Shown piece after piece: positions 12,821 to 25,019 of a DNA stretch of 64,000 nucleotides; position 1 is the first letter of the stretch; each line of letters begins with the position of its first letter. A model generated the notes under the pieces. It was not told where the DNA came from. It was given only the letters and a program-made list of their open reading frames with translations, and did not search any database. Source of the DNA: Hemiscyllium ocellatum (taxonomy: Eukaryota); NCBI RefSeq assembly GCF_020745735.1, contig NC_083405.1, forward strand, positions 37,662,345 through 37,726,344, written 5' to 3'. The position numbers were made by a program, and so were the translations under genes.

Positions 12821-13148
12821 TCCAGTCTATCCCATGGAGAGTGCCACCCTGTGCCACTTTGTATTTTCACACAGGATCAAAAGTCAGGACAGTGATCTCC
12901 GTGGTCAGCAGCAAGGCCTGTAGCATCACCACTGCTCAAAAGATCTTGACATATTTGGTTTTAATTAGATTGCTTGTTGGTGCTTTCATTCCCTGGCTGT
13001 CTGACTGTGAAAATTCTTTAATTTGTGGGCAGCTTGGTGACATCACTGCAGCAGGATTCCCATTAATTTCCTTTGCTACTGAGTGGATCTCTAAGGTTCA
13101 TACATGGTAGACACTTCCAGGATCAGCAGTCAATGCTATGGATGCCAT

Positions 13149-13475
13149 GGGAAGTGATGGCCTAGTGGTATTGTCACTAGACTGTTAATCCAGAGACCCA
13201 GGTAATGGTATGGGGACCATGGCAGAATTTGAATTCAATAAAATTCTGGAATTAAGAGTCTAATGATGGCCACGAGTCCATTGTCATTGGTCAGGAACAA
13301 ACCTATCTGCTTCATAAATGTCCTTTAGGACAGGAAGCTGCCATCTCTACCTGGTCTGGCCTACATGTGACTTCAGACCCACAGCAATGTAGTTGACTTT
13401 TAACTGCCTTCTGGGCACTTAGGGATGAGCCATAAATGCTGGCTTAGCCACCAATGCCCTAAACCACAAAAAAAA
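13149..13475 (+). mobile_element. tRNA-derived SINE with LINE-derived tail (second copy 60881-61214, minus)
   Basis: tggcctagtggta head; ctggtctggcctacatgtgact body; tail tagggatgagccataaatgctggc shared with LINE ends at about 14.2 and 34.6 kb. Confidence 0.75.
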
Positions 13476-13511
13476 TGTGTATGGACTCCTGGAGCAGCCA
13501 CTCAACTGAGA

Positions 13512-13798
13512 GGCAGTACAGTGGCTCAGTGGTTAGCATTGCCACCTCACTGCACCAGGGACCCAGGTCCGATTTCAGCCTTGCATGATTGACTGTGTGG
13601 AGTTTGCACATTCTCCTTGTGTCTGCATGGATTTCTTCCCATCGTCCAATGATGTGCAGGTTAGGTGAATTGCCGTTGTGTCATGGGAAATGTAGGGTAA
13701 TACGGTAGAGGAATGGGTCCAGGTGGGTTGCTCTTCGGAGGGTCAGTGTGCACTTGTTGGGCCAAATGGCCTGTTTCCACACTGTAGGGATTCTCTGA
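13512..13798 (+). mobile_element. HE1-type V-SINE
   Basis: gtggctcagtggttagca head, V-domain, ggcctgtttccacactgtagggattct tail. Confidence 0.9.
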
Positions 13799-14671
13799 TG
13801 TTGCTTGATACTGAGATTCCCATTGAAGAATATTATAATGAACTACCCCTTGATAAAGTTAAAGTCTTGCCACAAAGGTTGATGGATCTCTCAGCAAAGA
13901 GCTCTTCAAGGTCAATGGAAATCCATACCATTTCACAGTTGATTATAAGTTTCAGACTATTCGCTGAGAATCACATGAATGCAGTATATGAATGTAGAAT
14001 CTGTAAATCAACAACTCACCTTGCTTCAGTCCTGTTCCTAAAATGGTGACATCTACCTGCTAGAGTGACAAGGGTTTCAGACCATCCTGGTATGGAATTA
14101 CATTAGTGCTCTTTCATTGTCATTGAGTAAAATTCCTGAAGCTGCCATGGAAACACATTCACCACACAGGCTGCAGGGATTCAAGAAGCAAGCTCACCAC
14201 CAACTTCCCCTAGAGTTTCTAGAGTTGAACAATAAAGACTGACCTTGCCAGTGAAGCCATGTCTCATAAATGGATAATTTTTTTTAAAAATCACATGAAA
14301 GTGCAATTCAATATCACAGCAGCATTGACCTTTCCATTAAGGAAGTTCGAGGAGGAGTCATTAATCATTCATTTCCCCATCTCCAAACAAAAGGCAGCTG
14401 AATCTGAGCAAGTTCCTGGAGAACTGGTCAATCAGCAAGAAATAGATTGTTGTTAATAAAGATCATTGTTACATGTAGTCAATACACTGATAATCAGTGC
14501 AAGCACCACGTGAAGCTGATACTTGTCCAGTAACAATAACAAGGATTTCTGCAGCACTCTCTATATTGAAGAAGCCAGCTCAAAATGCTTCACTTTAAGA
14601 AGGAATAAACAACAGATACTGAGATGAATAGACAAGTAGATACAAAAAGTGATGTGTTTGAACTTATATGA

Positions 14672-15802
14672 TACAATACAACTCAACACAGCACAGCAAC
14701 AGGCCCTATGGCCCATCAAGCCTGTGCTGATTCCTGTTCCTTCTTTAGAACTGCTACATATTGCCCATATGTGCTAGCTATGCCCCTGTCCACCTCCTGT
14801 TCATGTGTCTATCAAAACACACCTTAACCATTGCTAATGCGCCAGCTTCCATCAGCTCTACTGGCAGTGCATTCCAGGCGCTCACCACACTTTGTGTGAA
14901 AACTTTCCCTGCACTTCTCCCATAAACTTGCCCCCTCTCACCTTGAACCTGTGCCCTCTTGTAGCTAACCTTTTCACCCTGGGAAAAAGCCTCTGACTAT
15001 CCACCCTATCGATGCCTCTCATAGTTTTGGAGACCTCTATCAGGTTAGCCTTCATCTTCTGCCTTTCAAGTGAAAATAATCTGAGTTTATCCAACCTCTA
15101 CTCTTAATTAAAACCCTCCAGACCAGGCAACATCCTGGTAAACCCTCTCTAAACTATCTCCAAATCATCCATGTCCTTCTGGTAAGATGGCAAACAGAAC
15201 TGCATGAAATTTTCCAAATGTGGCCTAACTAAAGTTTTGTACAGATGTAACATAACTTGTCAATTTTTATATTCAATGCCCTGACTGATGAAGGCAAGTG
15301 TACTATCTATTGACCACCTTATCCACCTGTGTTGCCAGTTCTAGGGATTTGTGTACATCCAGACCCCTTTGTATGTCAATGCTCCTAAAGGTTCTGCCAT
15401 TCATGATATGATCACACCTGAATTTGATCTTCCAAAATGCGTCAGCTCACATTTGTCTAGATTAGACTCCATCAGCCATTCCTCTGCCCATATCTGCAAT
15501 CTATCTATATCCCGTTGTATCCTTTGACAATCTTCCTCATGATCTGCAACTCCACCAACTTTGGTGTCATCTGCAAACTTACTAATCAGACCACCTATAT
15601 TTTCCTCCATATTATTTATGTATATTATAAACAAGAAAGGTCCCAGATCCCTGCAGAACACCACTAGTTACTCATCTCCATTTGGAAAAGCACCCTTCCT
15701 CCACTACTCTCTGTCTTCTATGACCAAGCTAGATTTGTATCCATCCAGCCAGCTCATCATAGATCCCATGAGAGTCTACCTTCTGTTCCAGCCTACTATG
15801 AT
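14672..15802 (-). mobile_element. CR1 LINE 3' half (RT to 3' UTR), degenerate
   Basis: ORFs 15401..15664 LGPFLFIIYINNM..ISKFADDTKVGG and 14882..15094 LFSLERQKMKANLIEV. Confidence 0.92.
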
Positions 15803-15914
15803 TACTCCTTGAACTTGGACTGAAAAACATGCTAGGGTCTTACAACATCAACTCAGTTTATGCGCAGCACACCCTATATCTTAAATCTATGCCATTGAAA
15901 TTTATAGTGCAAGA

Positions 15915-16030
15915 TCTGTCCAAAATATTGATTTTCCTGCTCCTCGGCTGCTGCCTGACCTGCTGTGCTTTTCCAGCACCACTCTAATCTAGATTCTGAT
16001 CTCCAGCATCTGCAGTCCTCACTTTCGCTC
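15915..16030 (+). mobile_element. Penelope pLTR 3' fragment
   Basis: gctgcctgacctgctgtgcttttccagcacc..tctccagcatctgcagtcctcacttt, as at 63380-63460. Confidence 0.8.
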
Positions 16031-16361
16031 TCCCCATAATTAATGTTAAACTCAAGGGTACACAATTATCTTTTTACATTTTCCATTCCTTCTTAAGTAA
16101 TGAGGTGTCATCTGCAATTTTTCAATCCATCAACACAGTTCCTGAGTCTAGAAGGTAGAACTGAAGGAAAAAAAAACAAACAAGATTCTGGTATGGATTA
16201 TAAAAGCCAAGAAATAATGATAAACTGAAGACAAGAGCTGAACAAGACTTCAGGTGTGGCCATTTAAAATACAGAAAAAAATAAGCAAAACTGACATTGA
16301 GATACAGAAGAGATACTAATGATGAAGAACATTAAAAAAAACAGAATTGAACACACTGAAG

Positions 16362-16704
16362 CATAGAATCCTTACAGTGTGGAAGCAGGCCATTTGGACC
16401 ATCAAGTCTGCACTGACCCTCTGAAGAGGATCCCACCCACACCCACTCCCTTGCCCTATCCCCATTACTCTGCATTTTCCATGGCTAATTCACCCAGCCT
16501 GCACACTATGAGGCAAATTAACATGGTCAAGCCAACTAATCTATACATCTTTAGACTGTGGGAGGAAACCAGAGCACCCAAAGGAAACCCACACAGATAT
16601 GGGAGAATGTTAAACTCCACACAGACAGTCACTTGTGGGTGGAATCAAACCCGGGCCCCTGATGCTGTGAGGCAGCAGTGCTAGCCACTGAGCCACCGTG
16701 CCGC
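16362..16704 (-). mobile_element. HE1-type V-SINE
   Basis: Head gcggcacggtggctcagtggctagca, V-domain and CR1-type tail on the minus strand. Confidence 0.88.
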
Positions 16705-17759
16705 ATAGCCAGACAAAAAATGAAAGCAGAGACACCAAACTCTGAAAAGTGCTTTATGGAAAGGTTATTTCCTCCTTACAATTATTTTCAAAATGATCTA
16801 CAGTTCATGCATCAGAATAGCCAAATGTCACAAATAATCACCTTAACTTACAACTATACATATTGACGTATACCATTCTTAATAATAAACTTAGCTCCAA
16901 ACAGCTTCACAATCTATGTCATTCTGGCTGACAGTTAATGTCACTTCTAATGGTTTCCTAATGTTGACAGCTCTGACAATGATAATTATTGTAAAAGCAA
17001 AATGGCCCGTGCTTTTTAACTGAAGCATACTTTAATTTATTTTACATAATTATGCATGTAAGACACTTTCCTGATGATTTGAAACATTTTTATTTTTATT
17101 GTCACTGAACGTACTGGTGATTAGCAACATTGAGAATATATTTTTATATATCTGTGTGTCTGGGTGAGAGGGATAGAGAGAAAGCATAAGTTAACTGGCC
17201 AGAAACATTTAAATGACCTGAACCTCACACAAGAGTAGCTAACAACAATACAGTGACACCTAATTATATCAGGAAACAAGTGTGGGTTGCATGTGACTTT
17301 ATCATTGACACAGTCAATGGGAAACATTCGAACTGCACAGGTTCACTTCCAGTATCACCCATACAATTCCCTGACTACTATTCAAGTAGGAGGGAAGAGA
17401 TTTGCGGGTAAATTGTGCCTGGAGCTAGACATTAACTGTCAATGTCTCTTCATGGCATACAGCATCTTTGAAAGGGAAGGTGCATTTTGTCTGCAGAAAG
17501 CAAGGAAGCTGGCACTAAATAGATGGCTGACAGAGAGGCTGTGTGGGTTCCAAGGTTCTGAGATGTGGTATGGCAGGTACTTGTGCAATCATTGGAGAAC
17601 AGGATGGATACCCTTCACCTCCAAGAAAATAGCTTCTTTGCAAACAGTGGGAACGCTTCGTTGCACATGTAAGGATAAGCATCTTGCAGCTCGGACGGGT
17701 CTACAATGTAACAAGAATGTTAATCTTTAAACCAGAGTAATTAAAGTAAAGATGGTTTT

Positions 17760-18250
17760 TATTCTTCCTGCGGGTTTTGGCCTGGTCTCGTAGTGGGTCT
17801 TGGCCCAGTCTCTTAGCGGTTTACGGTGATGTCTCCTCTCGGCATATGAGTAGGTCCTGCCTGGAGCATGTTTCCAAGGCATCGGGGAGGTAGGAGAGGC
17901 AGCAGCTTCAGCAGCAACACCAGTATCTGCAGCTGTGTGTCAAAAACTTACAGCTGAGATCTCCTGGAGATCGAGATAAGTGGAGAACTCAACAAAGACT
18001 GTTGAACTTTTAACTTATTCCTTTATTTTCCTAGTTTAAATTAAGAAAGACTTTAATGTTAACTATTACCTCACTTTATTTTTCTACTTATTCAATGAAG
18101 TAGTTTGTAACTCTGTTTCTCTTACTACCTTGTGTATCCAGCTACCTTGATATCTAAGATGGCACCTTGTCACCTTGTTATACACTTATCACTGTATTTC
18201 TGTACTCCTGTACTTGAGTACACATGACAATAAAAACTAAAATCTAAAAA
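17760..18250 (+). mobile_element. Non-autonomous element with Rex1/Babar-like 3' tail
   Basis: Ends tcactgta..gtacacatgacaataaa, same tail as 20367-20420(-) and 26452(-). Confidence 0.5.
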
Positions 18251-18639
18251 AAAAGCTAAATCTACATAGAGCCAGACCACTTACAGCATCAATGAGAAAC
18301 AGTACTGATGGTAATCAGATGACTTCCATCTTTTACCTCTTACTCAATCCTAACCCTCCAACATAGGAAGTGACATCGCACAGGGAGGATCACTTGAGGA
18401 ATAATGCAGAGTTCAATGGTAATGTTCTAGATTCAAATCCCACCATGGCAAATGACAAAATGTTAATTCAAATAATAAACTTGGAGTATAAAGCTAATCT
18501 CATTAAACTATTTATGGCCATGATGACGGTGTTATTATCCATTTATTTTAAAAAGATTAAAGAAAATCACAGAACCCTACAAAGTCATTCCCAGAATCGT
18601 ATGTTGTTTGAGCTGGTACTGGGACTGGTGTCCTCAGAA

Positions 18640-19280
18640 AGAAATCACAAGGCACTTTTCTGTCCCCATCTTTGTCCTAAATGCGCCATCCTTAACTTGG
18701 AAGTAGTGTCCCATGGTTCTTGACTCACCCAAATGGGGAGACATCATTTGTACCTCCAACTTGTCAAGAACATTCAGGATACGTCCAACTATCCAGTGGA
18801 AACAAACCTGCCCAACCTTCCCTCATAACACAATCCAATTTGTCCAGGTTTCCACCTGGTAGACCTCCTGTGAACCACCTCCAATGCACTTACATGTTTC
18901 CTTAAATAAAGAAAACAACATTGTATACAGTCTTCAAAACATGGTCTTCCCACTGCCCTGCATAACTGAAGTATGAAGTCTTTGGTATTATGTTCAATTC
19001 CTCTCCTAATAGAGGATAGCATTCCATCGGCTTTCATAATTATTTGCTGTACCTGCAGATAAAATTTTCATGAATACTTAATTTGTTTGTACCTTCAAAT
19101 TCTCAACCATTTTTCATGTAAACATGACTCTACCTTGTTACTCATCCTACCAAAGTGAATAATTTCATGTTTTGTCATATGATACTCCATCGACTGGATT
19201 TTCACCCACTCACTCAACATACTGATATCCGTCAACTTTATTCTTATGTCCTCTTCACAGCATACCTTCCTATCTATTTT
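18640..19280 (-). mobile_element. Old CR1 ORF2 fragment
   Basis: ORF 18789..19037(-) KADGMLSSIRRGIEHNTKDFILQLCRAVGRPCFEDCIQ. Confidence 0.82.
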
Positions 19281-19365
19281 GAAAAAAGTTAAAAATGTTT
19301 TCAGGAAACCACCATTTATCTACCAAGGAATTATAATATAAGGGAGTAACAGTCACAATTCTAAT

Positions 19366-21120
19366 TGTTATCCTGCCACATTAGTGATATTAAACAATAT
19401 CAGATCACTCATAGCTAGAACCTGGGAAGAAGGTTGTAATGGAGTCCTGCTGGTGCCTGCTTCAGTAAATAATGTAAACAATCAATAAATGTTCACTCAT
19501 TTACACCAGCACCCCTTTCATCAAAAACACTCAGAGCCTCATTATGATCATAACACATGGTGGCAGTGCTCTGTGAACTACTTGCTGAGGATCCCAATAG
19601 ATGCCAGTAAGAGCTACTAACACTTGTTGGAGTCTGAGGACAGCTGGCTAGAAATGCCCAGAGATGTTGAGGAAACCCTATCCCCTTGGACCTTGTGCAA
19701 GGCCTTTATCAATCTGCACACTGGAGAAATTGGTCTACCAATTCAATCTGTATCAGACTGCCTCAAGGAGCACTCAGCATCCATGTAATGATTATATAAA
19801 TATTACAACCATACCCTGGATACTTTGGACTGATGAGAATTGAAAACCATGCTACTACAAACTAATAAGCATTTATTAACAATTTACACAATTTACAAAG
19901 ATGCGGTTCAGAGGATTCCACTAGAACTTTGGTAACTCAGCTCCCATTTGCAGGGTGATCTCAAGTCATCTGATATGATGATGCACAGTAACTGGTGACA
20001 TAACAGTGGCTAACTTGTTATGGGACAAAGATCAGGTTGGTATGCTCCTATATACAATTGGCATTGTATCATTGATACCTTTAGAAAGCAGGGTGTTGAT
20101 GAAGAAGCTGTGAAATATGAATAGCTCACCAAAGCTTTTGGTTCTTATTTTAGTTTGGAGTGCAACACCATAATAGCCCAGGCAAAATACAAAGTAGTGG
20201 ACCCAGGAACCAGTGAAAAATTATGACTCATTTTTACATGACCCATTCCCAGAATATAGTGGATATGGGACAATAAGAGATAGTTCATAAGAGACTGCAA
20301 CATAGTGGGGGTTTTGATGAAGCTATATTAAAATCCTTACACTTGAAAGACCAAATTGTGACCACATTGAATTGAATTGAATCGAATTTATTGTCACGTG
20401 TACCGAGGCACAGTGAAAAGCTTTGTCTTGCTAGCAATACAGTCGGATCACAGAGTTAAGTAGCATAGATAGCAAATTGTAGGTAAACAACGGCAAAAAC
20501 AAAAGCAGGTTTAAAGAGTGTAGAATGATTGTAGGAAATAGGAAACTTAGGGGCTCGCAAGGAGTTGACCGTATCTGGCGCAATCTTGCAATGCAGGCAA
20601 AGTAGACCAGCTAACTCAGCAGGTTAAGCCTAGCAAGCAAAACAGGCTATCAATTAGAAAGGGTTAGGGAACCTTGCTGAGACCAGACTACTGACCTGGT
20701 TGATAAAATCAGAGGGCTTCCAGCAAGAAACAGGAACAGTGGCAAGTGCATGCAGTCATTGCCACTCTTCCATGTGTGATTGGTGGCAGGAAAATATCTC
20801 ACTTATACAGTTTTGTCCAGCAATTAATGCTGGGTGCTATGCTTGTCCTAAGAGAGGTCATTTTAAAATGGTTATCAAAGCAGCAGGACACCTATTTGAG
20901 AAGGAAAAATGGTAAAGCCAGACCATTCCAATGAACAAGTGCCCAAGAGGTAGATGATACTGAAGAACAAAATCCATTCCTCATAGGGAAAATAATAGAC
21001 CCACAAGAGTTTATTGTTAATGGCAGGCAGACAAATTTTAACCTCAACACAGAAGCAGGAGTGTCTATTCTTTCCAAGAACACATCATGGCTGAAGCCTG
21101 AATTTCTCTAACCATCTTCC
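19366..21120 (+). mobile_element. Gypsy-type LTR retrotransposon relic: 5' LTR, PBS, gag, protease
   Basis: Putative LTR TGTTA(19366)...AATAAA(19484)...TAACA(19555); PBS TGGTGGCAGTG (19558, tRNA-Leu-like); gag QVGMLLYTIG and FIRDCNIVG; zinc knuckle CPAINAGCYACPKRGHF; protease FNLNTEAGVSIL (degenerate LDTGA). Confidence 0.8.
20367..20515 (-). mobile_element. Rex1/Babar-type 3' end nested in the Gypsy relic
   Basis: Reverse complement ttttcactgtgcctcggtacacgtgacaataaa followed by (ttcaa)n tail. Confidence 0.7.
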
Positions 21121-21720
21121 ATTCTCTTTCATGGTTCATAAGACATTCCACACAGAAAATGGGGAAAGATGCATGCTCCATCTTTCGTGTAATGGGAGGG
21201 ATATCCTTGATACTTTGTATACTATTCTCATCAACATTGTACTTCATTAAGCAGAGAAGCTTATATGGCTTTGAATCTTCTTTATGTGCCAGTTGCAGAA
21301 GTAATTCAAATTGACTCAATTACTGTAAATCAGTTTTTTGCTGAAGAAACTCCACTTCTCGGAAGACATGGCGGATCTTTCATTTCTCTTTGAGGGAAGG
21401 CAAGATAGAGGTGGGTTAAGCATGAAGATGAGCATCCACTGGAGGACCTGAATTTGTTCCATCAGGAAAGAATGGGAGAAAATCTTAACAAAAATGTCAC
21501 TGAAACCAATGACTTAGCACAGAGCGACATCTTGAATCTTGCTTTATTCTTTGAAGACTGTGTAGATGAGTTCAGTCCTGATGTGTTTTTGCTGAGAGAG
21601 ATCATTATGGTTTTCACAAAAGGGACAAAGATACAAATCAGTTAATTCATTCACAGAAGGCACTAATAACATGTGACAGCAACCTGAGGTTTCAGAGATT
21701 TTATTCTGCAGATTTATCAC

Positions 21721-22190
21721 AGTTGGAGGATTTGAACTATAGAGAGAGAGAGAGGTTGAACAGGCTAGGGCTATTTTCCCTGGAGTGTCGGAGGATGAGG
21801 TGTGACCTTACAAAAGTTTATAAAATCATGAAGGGCACGGATAGGATAAATAGACAAAGTCTTTTCCCTGTGGTGGGGGAGTCCAGAACTAGAGGGCATA
21901 GGTTTAGGGTGAGAGGGGAAAGATATAAAAGACACCTAAGGGGCAACTTTTCATGCAGAGGCTAATGTGTGTATGGAGTGAGCTGCCAGAGGAAATGGTG
22001 GAGGTTGGTACAATTGCAACATTTAAAAGACATTTGGATGGGTATATGAATAGGAAGGGTTTGGAGGAATATGGGTTGGGTACTGGCAGGTGGGACTAGA
22101 TTGGGTTGGGATATCTGGTCGGCATGGACGGGTTGGACTGAAGGGTCTATTTCCATGCTGTACATCTCTATGGCTCTATGATGCTATGAC
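21721..22190 (+). mobile_element. CR1 3' fragment
   Basis: ORF 21723 [28 protein letters not shown]; ctctatggctctatg tail. Confidence 0.92.
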
Positions 22191-22656
22191 CTGAGGAGCA
22201 AATGCACATGGGAGATTATATGCAGGAAGGACCACTAGCTACAGTACAAACATTCAGACAGTGTAAGCAGGAAAATCATGAGCTCTTCCTCAGGATATTC
22301 TATATTCGTCTCTTCAAGCACTTGTTCATTGATGAGTCATCACTTCATTCTTCACTTGTGGAAGCAGTAGAAGTTGCAGCTATACAGCCAGCACATTATT
22401 TCTAAGTGCTACTGTGTTTTTTGGTGGTTTTTCCCTTTGGGTCCTCACAGATGCTGATCAAGTTTCATTAGCTCAAGAAGAAACTGCTAACAGTTTAACC
22501 TTACCTGGAAAGAAGAGAGAAGAAAGCAGATAAGATGAAAATTCCATCCGTCATCTTTCCATAGTGATTAAGGAGCATCAGCACAGTTTGCTAATCCAGT
22601 GCATCACAAGGAGAAGGGTTTAGGGAGCATACAATTACATGTCTTCCAAGAGAGGC

Positions 22657-22915
22657 ACAATTTTTAAACTCAACATAGGGGCAAGAGTGTCTATTCCTTC
22701 CAAGAACATTATGGCTGAAGCCTGAATTTCTGTAACCATTTTCTTTTTTATTTCATGATTCATGAGACACTAATACAGAGAATGTGGAAAGATGCATGCT
22801 ACATTTTTTCTATGCTGAGAGGGATATTATTGATACTCTATGTTATTTTCACTAACATTGCACTTTATTAAGGCTTTATGGCTGAAACGCGAATTTCTCT
22901 AACTACTTTCCATTC
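22657..22915 (+). repeat. Diverged duplicate of 21031-21251 plus a third 38-bp partial copy (22878-22915)
   Basis: Shared gtgtctattc..ccaagaaca..atggctgaagcctgaatttc..gaaagatgcatgct..gagggatat..tgatact..aacattg. Confidence 0.85.
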
Positions 22916-24044
22916 AATTTCTCAATGTTTTAATCAATGTTGGAGATTGACAGTTTCAGATCAAGAGACCATTGAGAGGTGCTGGGATAAAGGTCAGATA
23001 AAAATTTAAATAGTTTGTAGCTGGAACGTAAGACTTGAGAGGAAGGTGTCGTTTTAGATAATAATCAATCACGTGAGATCACTTGGAACCAAAACCCGAC
23101 ATGAACAGGTTCAAGCAAAGTCCAGCTAAAGTTCATATCTGCTAGTGCTGTCGTCAATAAATGGTCATTAAGTTACATTAGCAGCTCCCTTATCTCAAAG
23201 GCACACAGAGCTCTGTGGTAATATTATTACATGGATAACCACAGTTGGCTGAAGACATTGCTGTCCTTCCACTATAATTTGTAAGCACTTTACAGAGGTC
23301 ACTGTGACAGTATTGATTGACATAGAAATTATTTTGGAACCTTCACGATATCATTTGATCCACACCAGAATAAGATATTAAGCTGCTGCCTATTTTTGGC
23401 AGATGCAGCGCTCATTTACATCAAGAAGCAGACTAAAATCAGATCTCCAGCAATATGTCAGCAGTATTTCCACTCAAGTTGTGTCCTTCTACTTCCCCTT
23501 TTATAAATATAAGCAGGTCACTTTCTAATCAGCCTGGGTAACTACTGTATTCCTTTCTCTCCCTGTCAGTTTTGTCCTTTACTCAGTCTCAGGAGGGTCT
23601 AGCAACAGTTAGAACTTTTCTATCAGCAGAACATTAATCAGATCATTAGCTTCCTTGAAAATGCAACTTTTTTTTGAAAACTGAATCACCATGAAACATG
23701 AGTCAAATATTTTGATTAGACATGAGCCTGAGGAAGAAATAATGTCTTTCCAGGACCAAGAATGTTTAAGTTAGGTTGCTGCATTTTTGGTGAATGTATA
23801 ATTCTACGTTATATTAAACTATTTTAGAGTTTTGAGGAGGTGAGTTATGATGCATTTGAATTGTGGGAGTTATAACTTGATCTCTTGCTCATGGATTTCT
23901 AGATAACTTGGTCCTGCAGAAGTAAATGCTCCACAGAAACTGAAGGAGTGAATGATCAGTGATGAAGGAAATCAGCCTCAAAATCATGCACAGCCGCTAT
24001 TCCACTGGTTATCGGAGCAGTGTCTTGTGGGAGATTAAACATTT

Positions 24045-24660
24045 CAACAAGGAACTTGCTGGAGAAACTCAGCAAGTCTGGCAGCATCTGTGGAGAGAGG
24101 AAAAAAAAAGATTTAATGGTTTTTTGAGTCCTGTGACCTTTCTTCAGAACTTGAAGCAGCTAGGAAACGATGGTATTTATGCTGATGACACAGGAGTGGG
24201 GGGAAAAGGAGTGAGCAGATAAGGCGGAGAGGACGCCCAGAGAAAGAGAGAGAACAAAGCAATTGTCGATAGTAAGCCAAAGAAGAAGAGAAGCTAGATA
24301 GTTAATAATGGGGACTAGGAATAGCTGAAAATGGTTTGGCTGTCCTGAAAGCAACATATATCATGACAGAGCCGGGAGTTGTGGGTGTGGGTCATAGACA
24401 AGGAATGGGGTGGTCATGCTCTGAAGTTGTTTAACTCAATGTTGAGTCCTGAAGGCTGTAAGGTCCCTAAGGGGATTTGTGCTGTTGTTCCTCCCAGCTT
24501 GTATTGAGCTTTGCTGGAGTACTGCAGTGGCCTGAGAAACAAATATTGGCATGACAACGTGGTCATGTGTTAGGGGTGATTGTTTTTACAGACGGACTGA
24601 CAGTGTTCTGCAAAGTGAACACCTATTCTGTGTTTTGTCTCCCCAATGCACAGAAGACAT
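24045..24660 (-). mobile_element. Penelope-like element fragment (GIY-YIG end and pLTR)
   Basis: Minus-strand LCIGETKHRIGVHFAEH; cagccttcaggactcaacattgagtt; terminal cagatgctgccagacttgctgagtttctccagc. Confidence 0.8.
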
Positions 24661-24879
24661 TCTAGTCCAAAGACTGTATAACCTTGTTTTTAACAATTCC
24701 CCTTGCTCCAACTTTGCTAGAATGCTTTGCAGGACAACATAGACCACAGGACTTGAGCCATTGGTAACTTTGGTTTGCTGGAGCAGGATTCTACTTTAAT
24801 CAGCTACTTTATGGATCTCTTAAGAAGAAGTTGGAGGCTGATGAAGAAATTGAAGAATGTACAGCTAGATTAAATAAGA

Positions 24880-25019
24880 GTTGAAAAATGTGGTGCTAGA
24901 AAAACACAGCAGGCCAGGCAGCATCCGAGGAGAATCGATGTTTCGGGCATAAGCCCTTTTTCCAGCACCACATCTTTCAACTCTGGTACTCCAGCTTCTG
25001 CAGTCCTCACTTTCTCCTC
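24880..25019 (+). mobile_element. Penelope-derived fold-back mini-element with 12-bp TSD
   Basis: gattaaataaga at 24868-24879 and 25020-25031; inverted arms agagttgaaaaatgtggtgct / agcaccacatctttcaactct. Confidence 0.85.

Noticed and set aside
12769-13110. 113-aa plus-strand hydrophobic ORF
   Set aside because: Starts in Penelope pLTR, has no recognisable domain, and is antisense to the more protein-like minus frame.
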